Shown piece by piece: positions 7,942-16,242 of a DNA stretch of 19,523 nucleotides (position 1 is the stretch's first letter; each line of letters starts with the position of its first letter). The DNA is from Candidatus Velthaea sp. (GTDB taxonomy: Bacteria; Vulcanimicrobiota; Vulcanimicrobiia; Vulcanimicrobiales; Vulcanimicrobiaceae). Location: assembly GCA_050012475.1 (NCBI GenBank), contig JBEKHC010000094.1, positions 1 through 19,523 on the forward strand, given 5' to 3'. Position numbers and translations under genes: made by a program. Below the pieces are notes generated by a model. That model worked only from the letters and a program-made list of their open reading frames with translations. It made no database searches and was not told the DNA's origin.

Positions 7942-8057
7942 GCACCCACCCCGTCGTCGCCCGCCGGGCAAAGCCCGCCGGACTCGGGGCGTTACCTTGC
8001 GCGCGCCTGCGCACCGTTTTGCGCCGTCCGAGCCGGTCGTTGGGCGTGTCAAGCGTC

Positions 8058-8085
8058 TCAGTTCCCGCACCTGCGATGCCGACAA
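8058..8085 (+). promoter_or_regulatory. Possible sigma28 (FliA/SigD)-type promoter for the chemoreceptor
   Basis: TCAG-N16-GCCGACAA versus consensus TAAA-N15/16-GCCGATAA, about 90 nt upstream of an MCP gene; the -35 match is weak. Confidence 0.3.
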
Positions 8086-8176
8086 TTTTCTTGCTCCACG
8101 GCGTGTGACGGGCTCGATCCGACATACGTGCCGGGCTTCCAATCTCGAAGCAGCGACGATCAGCGAAGGTGTCCAT

Positions 8177-10048
8177 ATGTTCCGCAATTGGCGTTCACGC
8201 TCCGCAGCCGAGGACCGGCTCAATGCCGATTTTCGGGCGCAGGCGAAAGCCATCGACGAGTCCCATGCGGTTATCGAGTTCGGCATCGACGGTTCGGTCG
8301 AGAGCGCGAATGAAAACTTTCTGCGCGTCATGGGATACACGCGCGACGAAATCCGCGGCAAGCACCACCGCCTGTTCGTTGACCCGGCGTATGCGCAGAG
8401 CTCCGATTACGTCAAGTTTTGGCTCGACCTCAAAGCCGGACGGCATCTGACGGGCGAATTCGCACGCATCGCCAAAGGCGGTCGCGAGGTTTGGCTGCAG
8501 GCGTCCTACAGTCCGATCCTGGGTCCCGACGGCAAGCCCTTCAAGATCGTCAAGTTCGCGCTGGACGTAACCGAGCAGAAGCAGCAGAGTGCTCGCAACC
8601 TCAGCGAACTCGCCGCGATCGATCGTTCGACCGGCGTCATCCATTTCGAACTCGACGGAACGATCGTCGACGCCAACGAAAATTTTCTGCGCAGCGTTGG
8701 GTACCGGCTGAACGAACTGCAAGGCCGCCATCATTCCCTGCTCGTCGACGAAGCAGCGGCCCGGGGCCGGGAATATCGCGAATTTTGGGCCCAGCTGGCC
8801 GCGGGAACGTTCGTCGCCGGCGCCTTCCGGCGGATCGGAAAAGGGGGCCGGGTCATTTGGTTGCAGGCCAGTTATAATCCGGTGTTCGACGCCCAGGGCC
8901 GCCCCGTACGCGTCGTCAAATATGCCACTGACATTACCGAGCAACGCAACAAAAACGCGGAGTACCGCGGCGAGATCGAGGCCATCGGCCGCTCCCAGGC
9001 CGTCATTCATTTCGAACTCGACGGCACCGTGCGCTGGGCGAACGCCAATTTTCTGGATGCTTTGGGCTACACGCTGACCGAGATTCAAGGCAAACATCAC
9101 CGGATTTTCGTCGAGAATGCCTATCGCGCAAGCGCTGAGTACCGGGCGTTTTGGGACCAGCTCAAGGCCGGGAATCCGGTCGCAGCCCAGTGCCGGCGCG
9201 TTACCAAGAACGGCGCGCTGCGGTATTTCAACGCCACCTACACGCCGATTCTCGACGACGACGGCAAGCCGTTCATGATCGTCAAATTTGCGACCGACGT
9301 GACGGATCTCGTCGAACGCAAAGCCTCCCAAGGACAGCTCGTCCAGACCACATTCGACCGCATCATCGAAGCGGTCGTCAGTGTCGGAGCGCAGTCGCAG
9401 TCTGCCGCTCATGCATCGAAGGACACCGCATCGACGGTGTTCTCGGTCGCGGCGTCGGCGCAGGAACTCGACGTCTCCCTGCTCGATATCGCGCGCCGCA
9501 TGGCGCTGTCCAAAAGTGCGGTCGAACAGGTGATGGCCGAAGCCGGCAGCGCCGGCACGTCGACCCAGCGCCTGAGCGCGAAGATCGCGTTGATGAGCGA
9601 AGTCGTTGCATTGATCCAGAAGATCGCCGAACAGATCAATCTGCTTTCGCTCAACGCTTCGATCGAAGCCGCGCGCGCGGGCAACGCGGGCCGGGGATTC
9701 GCCGTCGTCGCAAGCGAGATCAAGTCGCTCGCCAATCAGGTCGCCTCGGCGTCGGAGAAAATCGAGGGCGACATCACCGATGTTCAACGCACGTCGGCGG
9801 AAGTCGTGAACGCGCTGACCGCGATCCAGCTGGCGGTCGAGAGCGTTGCGGACGCGGTGGTCAACACCGCCGTCGCAGTCGAAGAACAAAGCGCGGTTAC
9901 GAGCACGATTTCGTCGAACATGAAGACCGCGTCTTCGGCAGTCGCGAGCATCAACGACAGCCTGGGCGACATCTTGGGACTCGTCGAAGCCGCGAACTCG
10001 TCGGCGCTCGACGGCAAGCTGACACTCAACAGCGCGATCGCAGAGTAA
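8177..10048 (+). CDS. Cytoplasmic methyl-accepting chemotaxis protein with three PAS/PAC domains (BdlA/AerC-like, ~623 aa)
   Basis: Three ~122-aa repeats (I.F..DG....AN.NFL...GY...E..G.HH....FW..L.AG); DNA repeat CATTTCGAACTCGACGG at 8642 and 9008 (366 bp apart); signalling tip [34 protein letters not shown]; no TM segment. ATG 8177 with GAAGGTG SD. Confidence 0.93.
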   Translation: MFRNWRSRSAAEDRLNADFRAQAKAIDESHAVIEFGIDGSVESANENFLRVMGYTRDEIRGKHHRLFVDPAYAQSSDYVKFWLDLKAGRHLTGEFARIAKGGREVWLQASYSPILGPDGKPFKIVKFALDVTEQKQQSARNLSELAAIDRSTGVIHFELDGTIVDANENFLRSVGYRLNELQGRHHSLLVDEAAARGREYREFWAQLAAGTFVAGAFRRIGKGGRVIWLQASYNPVFDAQGRPVRVVKYATDITEQRNKNAEYRGEIEAIGRSQAVIHFELDGTVRWANANFLDALGYTLTEIQGKHHRIFVENAYRASAEYRAFWDQLKAGNPVAAQCRRVTKNGALRYFNATYTPILDDDGKPFMIVKFATDVTDLVERKASQGQLVQTTFDRIIEAVVSVGAQSQSAAHASKDTASTVFSVAASAQELDVSLLDIARRMALSKSAVEQVMAEAGSAGTSTQRLSAKIALMSEVVALIQKIAEQINLLSLNASIEAARAGNAGRGFAVVASEIKSLANQVASASEKIEGDITDVQRTSAEVVNALTAIQLAVESVADAVVNTAVAVEEQSAVTSTISSNMKTASSAVASINDSLGDILGLVEAANSSALDGKLTLNSAIAE

Positions 10049-10272
10049 GGGTTCGCCCTCCCCCGGCCTAGGCGCTCGCTCCCTCCATTTCGGTCATGAC
10101 AAGCAGTTCTTGATTCGCGACTGCGACGAGCAGCCGTTCAGCGGCGAGCTAAGGCAAAGCCAGGACAGTCGCCGCAATTTGGAAAAAAGTTAGTTTAATC
10201 CAAGTTGAGGACAATGCGGTATCCGGTAATGAGATTCTGACTGGACTGATCTTTCAATAAAGGAAATAGCGC

Positions 10273-11067
10273 ATGGAGGAGTCGCTCGGGCAATTAGTAG
10301 TGCCGATGACGTTACGAACTCGATGCTGTTCTAATGAGCTTTGGGGCGAAGCAAGGCGCGAAACGAGCACCGGCAGCTTTCGCGCCTATTGTCGAGTATG
10401 CGGAACGAAGCAGAGCTACTATTTTAGTCATGACGAAGTTCTGGGCACAAAGTCGGGCCGGCGTGGTTCGCGATTTGCCGTGAGTGAACAGCGGCGAAGT
10501 GAAATACTGATGCGGGATGGATATCGGTGCGTGCACTGTGGAACCGCCGCCCCCAGAGAATCGTCCGTGACGAAATTTGTCGAGGATATCATAGATTCGC
10601 ATCTGGGGCCGCAGTGGCGTAGCGGTGATCCGACGCTCGGGAATGAGAGTATCGATCCGTGCGGACGTTGTGGCCAATTCCTCCCCGGCTTTGCGCGTAC
10701 CGTCCCTCGCGAAGTGCTTCTGCGTCTACCGGACGACAAAATGCAAACGCTTCTAGACTTGCTCGAGAAGGCAGCACTTGAAGTGGACCATGGAATCCCA
10801 GTGACCATCCTGAAAAACCAGCGATTCGCAATGAAAGCCGAAGAAGAACGTTTTTGCACGAAAATATTCCTCGTTACTGCATGCGGGCGTTGCAATCGCG
10901 GTTTAGGAAAAATTCTCGAACCGTACGCATTCATGGAAAGTCTATTGTTGAAGGTTGTCTTTCGAAGCGATGTGGTTGAATTCAAGCGTCACGAGGGCAT
11001 GCTTAAGGCTCTGTATCTCAAAGCTCGTGCTGTGGATCGCTCAATCGCGAGCCGAGGTGCGATTTAG
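10273..11067 (+). CDS. HNH endonuclease-like (McrA-type) zinc-binding protein with large insertion
   Basis: RSEILMRDGYRCVHCG ... LEVDHGIPV ... LVTACGRCNRGLG; extra Cys clusters CC...CRVCG and CGRCG; SD AAGGA before ATG 10273. Confidence 0.75.
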   Translation: MEESLGQLVVPMTLRTRCCSNELWGEARRETSTGSFRAYCRVCGTKQSYYFSHDEVLGTKSGRRGSRFAVSEQRRSEILMRDGYRCVHCGTAAPRESSVTKFVEDIIDSHLGPQWRSGDPTLGNESIDPCGRCGQFLPGFARTVPREVLLRLPDDKMQTLLDLLEKAALEVDHGIPVTILKNQRFAMKAEEERFCTKIFLVTACGRCNRGLGKILEPYAFMESLLLKVVFRSDVVEFKRHEGMLKALYLKARAVDRSIASRGAI

Positions 11068-11361
11068 CGGCGCCGAAAATACCAAGCTGGGACGGAAAGG
11101 CTTGCTGAGCTCCTTCGATTCCTCGCTCACTACAGGCACATTGTTATGTTTAATCAACGCGACGATATTGGCGGTGTTGAGCGTAACTTGAAAAAGCTCG
11201 GTGCCACTGCCGCTCAAATCGATCTCGACATCAACCATGGGTAATCGTTCGGAAATTGCGCGTTGCACGGCACGCGCCATGTCGTCTGAAATGTGATGAC
11301 TGCGTTGTCCGAAAATAATGGTGTACAATGTCGTGTCCTGCAACTGCAACGAGCTGGGCAA
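11041..11361 (-). CDS. Hypothetical protein (~80-106 aa, start uncertain: TTG 11361 or ATG 11280)
   Basis: Open frame with globular-looking alternation of strands and a helix (LYTIIFG, DDMARAVQRAISE, VDVEIDL, FQVTLNTANIVALI). Convergent with the HNH gene, 27-nt 3' overlap; no clear SD. Confidence 0.5.
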   Translation of the reverse strand: MPSSLQLQDTTLYTIIFGQRSHHISDDMARAVQRAISERLPMVDVEIDLSGSGTELFQVTLNTANIVALIKHNNVPVVSEESKELSKPFRPSLVFSAPLNRTSARD

Positions 11362-11394
11362 TTTGAGTGTGTTGGGATTCTGCTCAAAGTATCT

Positions 11395-11507
11395 TGCGAA
11401 TAACTTGTGGCAAGGCCGCTTTTCTTGTACATATCACCTGATTTGCTGTGGATAACAAGATGACGACGAAATTGTCTGGGGAGAAGTTGTGAGTAGGCTG
11501 TGCAAGG
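11395..11507 (-). promoter_or_regulatory. Cluster of co-oriented DnaA boxes (one perfect, five degenerate)
   Basis: On +: TGTGGATAA 11447-55 (= TTATCCACA), TGCGAATAA 11395, TGTGGCAAG 11406, TGGGGAGAA 11477, TGTGAGTAG 11488, TGTGCAAGG 11499; 11-bp spacing within each subgroup. Confidence 0.6.
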
Positions 11508-11576
11508 CCGGCCCTCGACGCGCTCTTCTAAGGTGGTGTTTTGCTGTCGGACGCGTAGCCAGGAGGCTTCGAGTTT

Positions 11577-14500
11577 TCAGTGAAAATTGCGCGCTCGCAC
11601 GTTGTCGGCCGTGCCTTGAGTGTCGAGCGGCCAGCAGCGTTTCATGATGACGTCGACGACGCCGCTTTCTTTTTGAACGGTGCCTTCGATGACGAGCGCT
11701 TTCGATTGCCGGATGATCCGCCGGTAGCGTTCGTACACGTTGGGTCGAACGATGACGTTGACCAGGCCGGTTTCGTCCTCGAGCGTCAGAAACACGAAGC
11801 CTTTGGCGGTGCCCGGGCGCTGGCGCGTGATGACCATGCCGCCGATCTTGCAGACGAGATGGTTCGGCATCGCCGTCAACCGGTTTGCGGCCAAGACGTT
11901 CGCCGCGTCGAGCCGCTCGCGAAAGTGAGCGATCGGCTGGACGGCCGAGACGCCGGTGGCGTCGATGTCGAGCGCCGTCGCCTCCGCCGGCTGCAGCGGC
12001 GCGAGTTGAACGCCGGGTTCTTCGACGTCCATCGCGCGGGCGAGTTCGCCGCGCGCTTCGCGCTCGTCGAATCCGCGCAACGCCCAGAGCGCCTCGCGGC
12101 GTGAATCGAACCACGGTCGAAACGCGTCGGCGGCGGCGAGATTCTCGAGCCCCTCGCGCGTCACGCCGGTGCGCCGTGCGAAATCGAGCAGGTCGTCGAA
12201 GTCGCCGTTGCCCAGCGCCGCCTGCAGCTTCTCGCGCTGCGCTTCGCCCAGACCGCGCACGAGATGAAAGCCCAGCCGCAGCGCGCCTTCGGTATCCACG
12301 AAACTCCACCACTCGCTTTCGTTGACGGCAACGGGTTTGACCAGAACGCCGTGGCGGCGGGCATCGTTGACCAGGACTTCGGTGGCGTAAAATCCCATCG
12401 GCTGCACGTTGAGGATCGCGGCGCAAAAAATTGCCGGTTCGTGACACTTCACGTACGCCGACGCGTAGGCCAGCAGCGCGAAACTCGCCGCGTGCGATTC
12501 GGGAAAACCGTAATCGGCGAATCCTTCGAGCATGTGAAAGAGTCCGTCGGCTGCCGCGCGGTCGATGCCGTTGGCAACCATGCCGTCGATGAGCTTGGGA
12601 TAGATTTGGGCCATGCGTTCGTGCGAGCGTTTGTGGCCCATCGCGCGGCGCAGCGTGTCGGCCTCGCCGGGCGTGAATCCCGCGGCTTCGATCGCCATGC
12701 GCATGCCCTGTTCTTGGAACAACGGCACGCCCAGCGTGCGCTCGAGGACGGGCTTGAGTTTCGGATGCGGGTACGTGATAGGCTCGATGCCGTTGCGCCG
12801 GCGCAGGAACGGGTGGATCATGTCGCCTTGAATCGGACCCGGACGAATGATCGCGACTTGCATGACCAGATCGTAAAAACAGTTCGGTCGCAAACGCGGC
12901 AGCATCGATTGCTGAGCGCGCGATTCGACTTGGAACACGCCGATCGAATCGGCCTGCTGCAGCATCTCGTAGGTCGGCCGGTCGTCGGCGGGAATCGTCG
13001 CCAAGCCCAGCGGCGCGCGGTCGGGATAGCGGCGTGTGAAGAGCGTGAACGCGTCGCGCAAGAGCGAGAGCATGCCCAAGCCCAGCAGGTCGATTTTGAT
13101 GAGGCCGAGGTCGTTGAGGTCGTCTTTGTCCCACTGCACGATTGTGCGGTCGCGCATGCTGGCCCACTCGATGGGCGCCACCCGCACGAGCGGCTCGCGC
13201 GTGATCACCATTCCGCCGGAGTGGATGCCCATGTGGCGCGGAAAGCCGTCGATGCGCCGGCACAGCGCCAAGATCGTCGCGCCCAGCGCGCCGCCGACCG
13301 GGCTTGCGACTTCGGGATCGGGATCGGCGCCGAAGTCCTTGGCGACGAACCCGTACAGATGCGAAGGATGCGGTTTGTAGGCCGGCGCGAGCGCGTTTTG
13401 CGGATCGGCGCGGTTGGGGCGAGCCGGCCGGACGGCCGCCGTCGCGGGCGCAGCGTTGCGCTCCGCACGGTCGTCGACGTCAGCGAAGCCCGGCGTCACA
13501 TCGGTGCGCGAACGATATTGATTCGAACCCGCATCGAGATCGCGGCGTTGGGCGATTGAGTCGGGCAGCGCCGCATCGTCGAGGGGATCCGCGCCCAGGG
13601 CGCCCGCGAGTGATTCGCGCGCGTCGTACTCTTGCGCGATCTGCTCGACTTGAACCAGCGACAGTCCCAGCGCTTTGCCCACGTCGCGAATCGCCGAGCG
13701 GGTGCGATACGTGATGACCTCGGCGGCCATCGCGGCGTGCTCGCGGCCGTACCGGTCGTACACGTACTGGATGACTTTCTCACGATCTTGATGGGCGAAA
13801 TCGATATCGATGTCGGGAACTTCCTTGCGCTCTTCGGACAGAAAACGCTCGAAGAGCAGGCCGTGGCCGACCGGATCGACGGCGGTGATCTGCAGCGCGT
13901 AGCAGACGGCGGAATTGGCCGCCGAACCGCGGCCCTGGCACAAAACGCCGATCTCCTCGGCGGCCCGCACGATATCCCAAACGACTAAGAAATAGCCCGC
14001 CAGATCGAGGCGCGCGATGATGCCCAGTTCGTATTCCAGCTGCCGTTCGACCTTGGGCGCGAGCGGCAACGGGTAGCGTTTGGCGGCGCCGCGATACACC
14101 AGCGTGCGCAAATAACTCTGATGACTGGTTTCCTCGGGCGGGATCGGAAAATGCGGGAACTGACCGCTCAAGCTGTCGAGCCGGAACGCGCAGCGCTCCG
14201 CGATCGCGCCGGTGTTGGCGATCGCCAACGGATAGGGCGCAAACAGTTTGGCCATCTGCGCGGGCGACTTGAGCGCGTGTTCGTGATTGGGCCGCAGCAG
14301 CGTGCCGGCTTTTTGCAGCGTCGTTTTGTAACGCACGCATTGCAGCACGTCGGCCAGCCGCGCGTCGTGCAGTCCCGCATAGGCGACGCCGTTGGTGGCG
14401 ACGTAGGGGACGCCCAGCGTCGATGCCAGGTGGATCGACGCCAGGACGAGCGCACCGTCTTCGGGCCGCGCGTGATGCTGCAATTCGAGAAAAAACGCGC

Positions 14501-15035
14501 CGGGGAAAAGGTCGCGCAAGCGGGCGCCGGCGGCAACCGCGCCGGCTTCGTCGCCGGCGAGCAAGGCGCGTTCGGGCAATCCGTTGCGCCAGCCCGAAAG
14601 CGCGATCAGGCCGGCGGTGTTGCCGTCGAGATCGGCGAGCCGCAGGCGGGCGTCGCGTTTGCGGCCGCGCAATTGCGCCGCCGAGATGAGCGCCGCGAGA
14701 TTCGCGTACCCGCTGCGGTCGGCGGCGAGCAGCACCAGGCGCGGCGAGTGGGTCGGCACTTCGTGCGCGGGCCGGGCGCTTTTTTCGCGGCCGCGAACCT
14801 TGGGCGGCGATCCGACCTCGAGCGTGAGCTCGGCGCCGACGATCGTCCCGAGCGTCGTATTGCGCGCCGCTTTGGCAAATCGGACCTGACCGTACAACCC
14901 GTCGCGGTCGGTGAGCGCCAGCGCCGCCAGACCGAGCGCCGTTGCCCGCTCCACGAGTTCCTCGGGATGCGACGCTCCTTCGAGAAACGAGAAGTTGGAC
15001 CAGCAGTGGAGCTCGGCATACCCGGTGAACGGCAT
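11577..15035 (-). CDS. dnaE2: Error-prone DNA polymerase DnaE2 (ImuC)
   Basis: PHP start YAELHCWSNFSFLEGASHPEELV, CQGRGSAANSAVCY, catalytic PDIDIDF and KIDLLGLG, OB fold RQRPGTAKGFVFLTLEDETG, C-terminal ARNFH (DnaE2 SRDFH-type tail). Confidence 0.97.
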   Translation of the reverse strand: MPFTGYAELHCWSNFSFLEGASHPEELVERATALGLAALALTDRDGLYGQVRFAKAARNTTLGTIVGAELTLEVGSPPKVRGREKSARPAHEVPTHSPRLVLLAADRSGYANLAALISAAQLRGRKRDARLRLADLDGNTAGLIALSGWRNGLPERALLAGDEAGAVAAGARLRDLFPGAFFLELQHHARPEDGALVLASIHLASTLGVPYVATNGVAYAGLHDARLADVLQCVRYKTTLQKAGTLLRPNHEHALKSPAQMAKLFAPYPLAIANTGAIAERCAFRLDSLSGQFPHFPIPPEETSHQSYLRTLVYRGAAKRYPLPLAPKVERQLEYELGIIARLDLAGYFLVVWDIVRAAEEIGVLCQGRGSAANSAVCYALQITAVDPVGHGLLFERFLSEERKEVPDIDIDFAHQDREKVIQYVYDRYGREHAAMAAEVITYRTRSAIRDVGKALGLSLVQVEQIAQEYDARESLAGALGADPLDDAALPDSIAQRRDLDAGSNQYRSRTDVTPGFADVDDRAERNAAPATAAVRPARPNRADPQNALAPAYKPHPSHLYGFVAKDFGADPDPEVASPVGGALGATILALCRRIDGFPRHMGIHSGGMVITREPLVRVAPIEWASMRDRTIVQWDKDDLNDLGLIKIDLLGLGMLSLLRDAFTLFTRRYPDRAPLGLATIPADDRPTYEMLQQADSIGVFQVESRAQQSMLPRLRPNCFYDLVMQVAIIRPGPIQGDMIHPFLRRRNGIEPITYPHPKLKPVLERTLGVPLFQEQGMRMAIEAAGFTPGEADTLRRAMGHKRSHERMAQIYPKLIDGMVANGIDRAAADGLFHMLEGFADYGFPESHAASFALLAYASAYVKCHEPAIFCAAILNVQPMGFYATEVLVNDARRHGVLVKPVAVNESEWWSFVDTEGALRLGFHLVRGLGEAQREKLQAALGNGDFDDLLDFARRTGVTREGLENLAAADAFRPWFDSRREALWALRGFDEREARGELARAMDVEEPGVQLAPLQPAEATALDIDATGVSAVQPIAHFRERLDAANVLAANRLTAMPNHLVCKIGGMVITRQRPGTAKGFVFLTLEDETGLVNVIVRPNVYERYRRIIRQSKALVIEGTVQKESGVVDVIMKRCWPLDTQGTADNVRARNFH

Positions 15036-15036
15036 G

Positions 15037-15074
15037 ACTCATTGTAATCGAACATATGTTCGATTACAATGAGT
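15037..15074. promoter_or_regulatory. LexA (SOS) box CGAAC-ATAT-GTTCG inside a perfect 38-bp palindrome that includes the -10 of leaderless dnaE2
   Basis: ACTCATTGTAATCGAACAT|ATGTTCGATTACAATGAGT; LexA core at 15049-15062. On - strand TACAAT (15046-15041) lies 5 nt before ATG 15035, with no SD. Confidence 0.9.
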
Positions 15075-15176
15075 GAACCGATCTCGTCGACTACCTCCCG
15101 CTCGAGCACTCCAGGCGCGGGTGTTCTGGCGCGCGGTCTTGCCGTAAGCGCAACTTGCGCTCCCCTATTTGGGTCG

Positions 15177-15220
15177 GCCTGGTCGCCCGGCTTCCGCCAC
15201 CGACAGGCGTTTTGCTTTTT
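15177..15220 (+). terminator. Possible intrinsic terminator on + strand
   Basis: GCCTGGTCG 15177-85 pairs with CGACAGGC 15201-08 (one bulge, large loop), followed by TTTTGCTTTTT 15210-20. Confidence 0.35.
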
Positions 15221-15300
15221 GAAAAACGCTGTTACCGAAAGTTAGCCGGCAGCGCATTTCGCAGCTCGCAAACCGTCGTGTGGCTTGTGCCAGAACTTGG

Positions 15301-16023
15301 CTAGGACAAGATCCCGCCCGCTTTCTGCCGGTTCTTGCAGCGGTAGAGTTCGCGGTCCGCTTCATGCAGCGCGTCCGTCAGCGAGGCCGGAACGCGCAGC
15401 TGACCGACCCCGATCGAGATCCTGATCCGCGTGTCGTCGCTCGAGCCCCAGGGGGCGTGAACCCTCAACGGCCGCGACGATCCGGGCACACACCCGCCCG
15501 ACCACGTTCGGGTCGGTGACATGACCAGCAGAACGAAAAACTCGTCACCGCCGATGCGCGCACAGAGGTCTTCAGTGCGGACGGCATCTTGGATATCTCG
15601 CGCGACGCGCTGCAGGGTGCCGTCCCCGGCGGCGTGACCGCCGCGGTCATTGACGGCTTTGAAGCCGTCGATGTCGAGGTATAGCAGGCTGGCGCGAAGA
15701 TTCGGATGGGCCGCAATTCAGGCCTCGAGCCCGCGCCGATTCAGCAGGCCGGTCAACGCATCGTGTGCGGCCGCGAATGTCGCGGCATCTTTCTCTTTGC
15801 GCAGCTCCTCGGCCAGCGTGCGGACCTCGGTGATGTCCCAGTTGGTGCCGATCATGCGCTCGGGCCGTCCAGCGGCATCGTTGACGAGCGTTGCGAGGGC
15901 GCGAATCGTGCGGATTTCCCCGTTCGGCCAGACCACCCGAAACTCGGTGTCGAACGCCGGGCCGCCGGAAACGGCGAGGGCGACCTCCCGCTCGGCCCGC
16001 TCGCGGTCGTCGGGGTGCACCGA
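15301..16023 (-). pseudogene. PAS-GGDEF diguanylate cyclase pseudogene
   Basis: PAS_3 remnant (VHPDDRER...EFRVVWPNGEIR...GTNWDITE), HDALTGLLNRR, in-frame TGA at 15720-15718, then LLYLDIDGFKAVND.GGHAAGD and RTEDLCARIGGDEF (GGDEF 15538-15552). The segment ~15445-15525 reads as the expected helix (VTDPNVVGRVCARIVAAVE) only in another frame. 5' end missing. Confidence 0.85.
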
Positions 16024-16182
16024 CGCGGCCCGGTCGATCAGAATGGAACGCGAGCGCGGCCCGGCCCGGCAGAATCGAACGCGACCGCGGCGGGGTCCGT
16101 CAGAACGGAACGCCACCGCGGCCCGGCCCATCAGAAGCGAGCGCCAGCGCGGCAGCCCGCCAGAACCGGACGCCGCCGCGGC
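16024..16182. repeat. Degenerate tandem array, 31-bp period, ~5 copies
   Basis: CGCGGC at 16024, 16055, 16086, 16117, 16148, 16177; CAGAA at 16039, 16070, 16101, 16132, 16161; consensus about CGCGGCCCGGYCSRYCAGAANSGAACGCSAS. Confidence 0.85.
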
Positions 16183-16242
16183 TTGCGGCGCAGCCGCAAA
16201 CGCCATGGATTCGTGGCGCGTTCAGCGCCGCGAATCCTGCTG

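Larger units (their letters stand above)
10170..11560. other. AT-richer islet, probably horizontally acquired (boundaries approximate)
   Basis: Two 60-nt lines counted by hand give 26/60 (10861-10920) and 35/60 (10621-10680) G+C, visibly lower than the flanking genes, with many A/T-ending codons. No integrase or flanking direct repeat seen. Confidence 0.6.

Noticed and set aside
7940..8000. c-di-GMP riboswitch upstream of the MCP (GGGCAAAGCCC)
   Set aside because: The GNRA tetraloop/receptor and second stem of the GEMM motif could not be found.
7532..8176. 215-aa N-terminal extension of the MCP in the ORF track
   Set aside because: Arg-rich low-complexity translation of GC-rich intergenic DNA; a good SD and ATG at 8177 precede the first PAS domain.
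11214..11432. 72-aa minus-strand ORF MYKKSG...
   Set aside because: Overlaps the more protein-like 11041-11361 frame and two DnaA-box-like sites; the SD-like AGGTGA is only 1 nt from the ATG.
11395..11507. Chromosomal oriC
   Set aside because: No dnaA, dnaN, rpmH or gidA nearby, only one perfect box and no clear AT-rich unwinding element.
13290..13595. Intein in DnaE2
   Set aside because: No N-terminal Cys/Ser block, no His-Asn C-terminus, no homing-endonuclease motifs.
15718..15720. Selenocysteine or stop-codon readthrough in the DGC
   Set aside because: Non-catalytic position and other lesions are present; TGA is used as a normal stop elsewhere in the window.
16024..16182. CRISPR array
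   Set aside because: Units are head-to-tail with no unique spacers, and there are no cas genes in the window.
16024..16206. N-terminal part of ORF 15718-16206 as real DGC sequence
   Set aside because: It is the translation of a 31-bp non-triplet repeat array.
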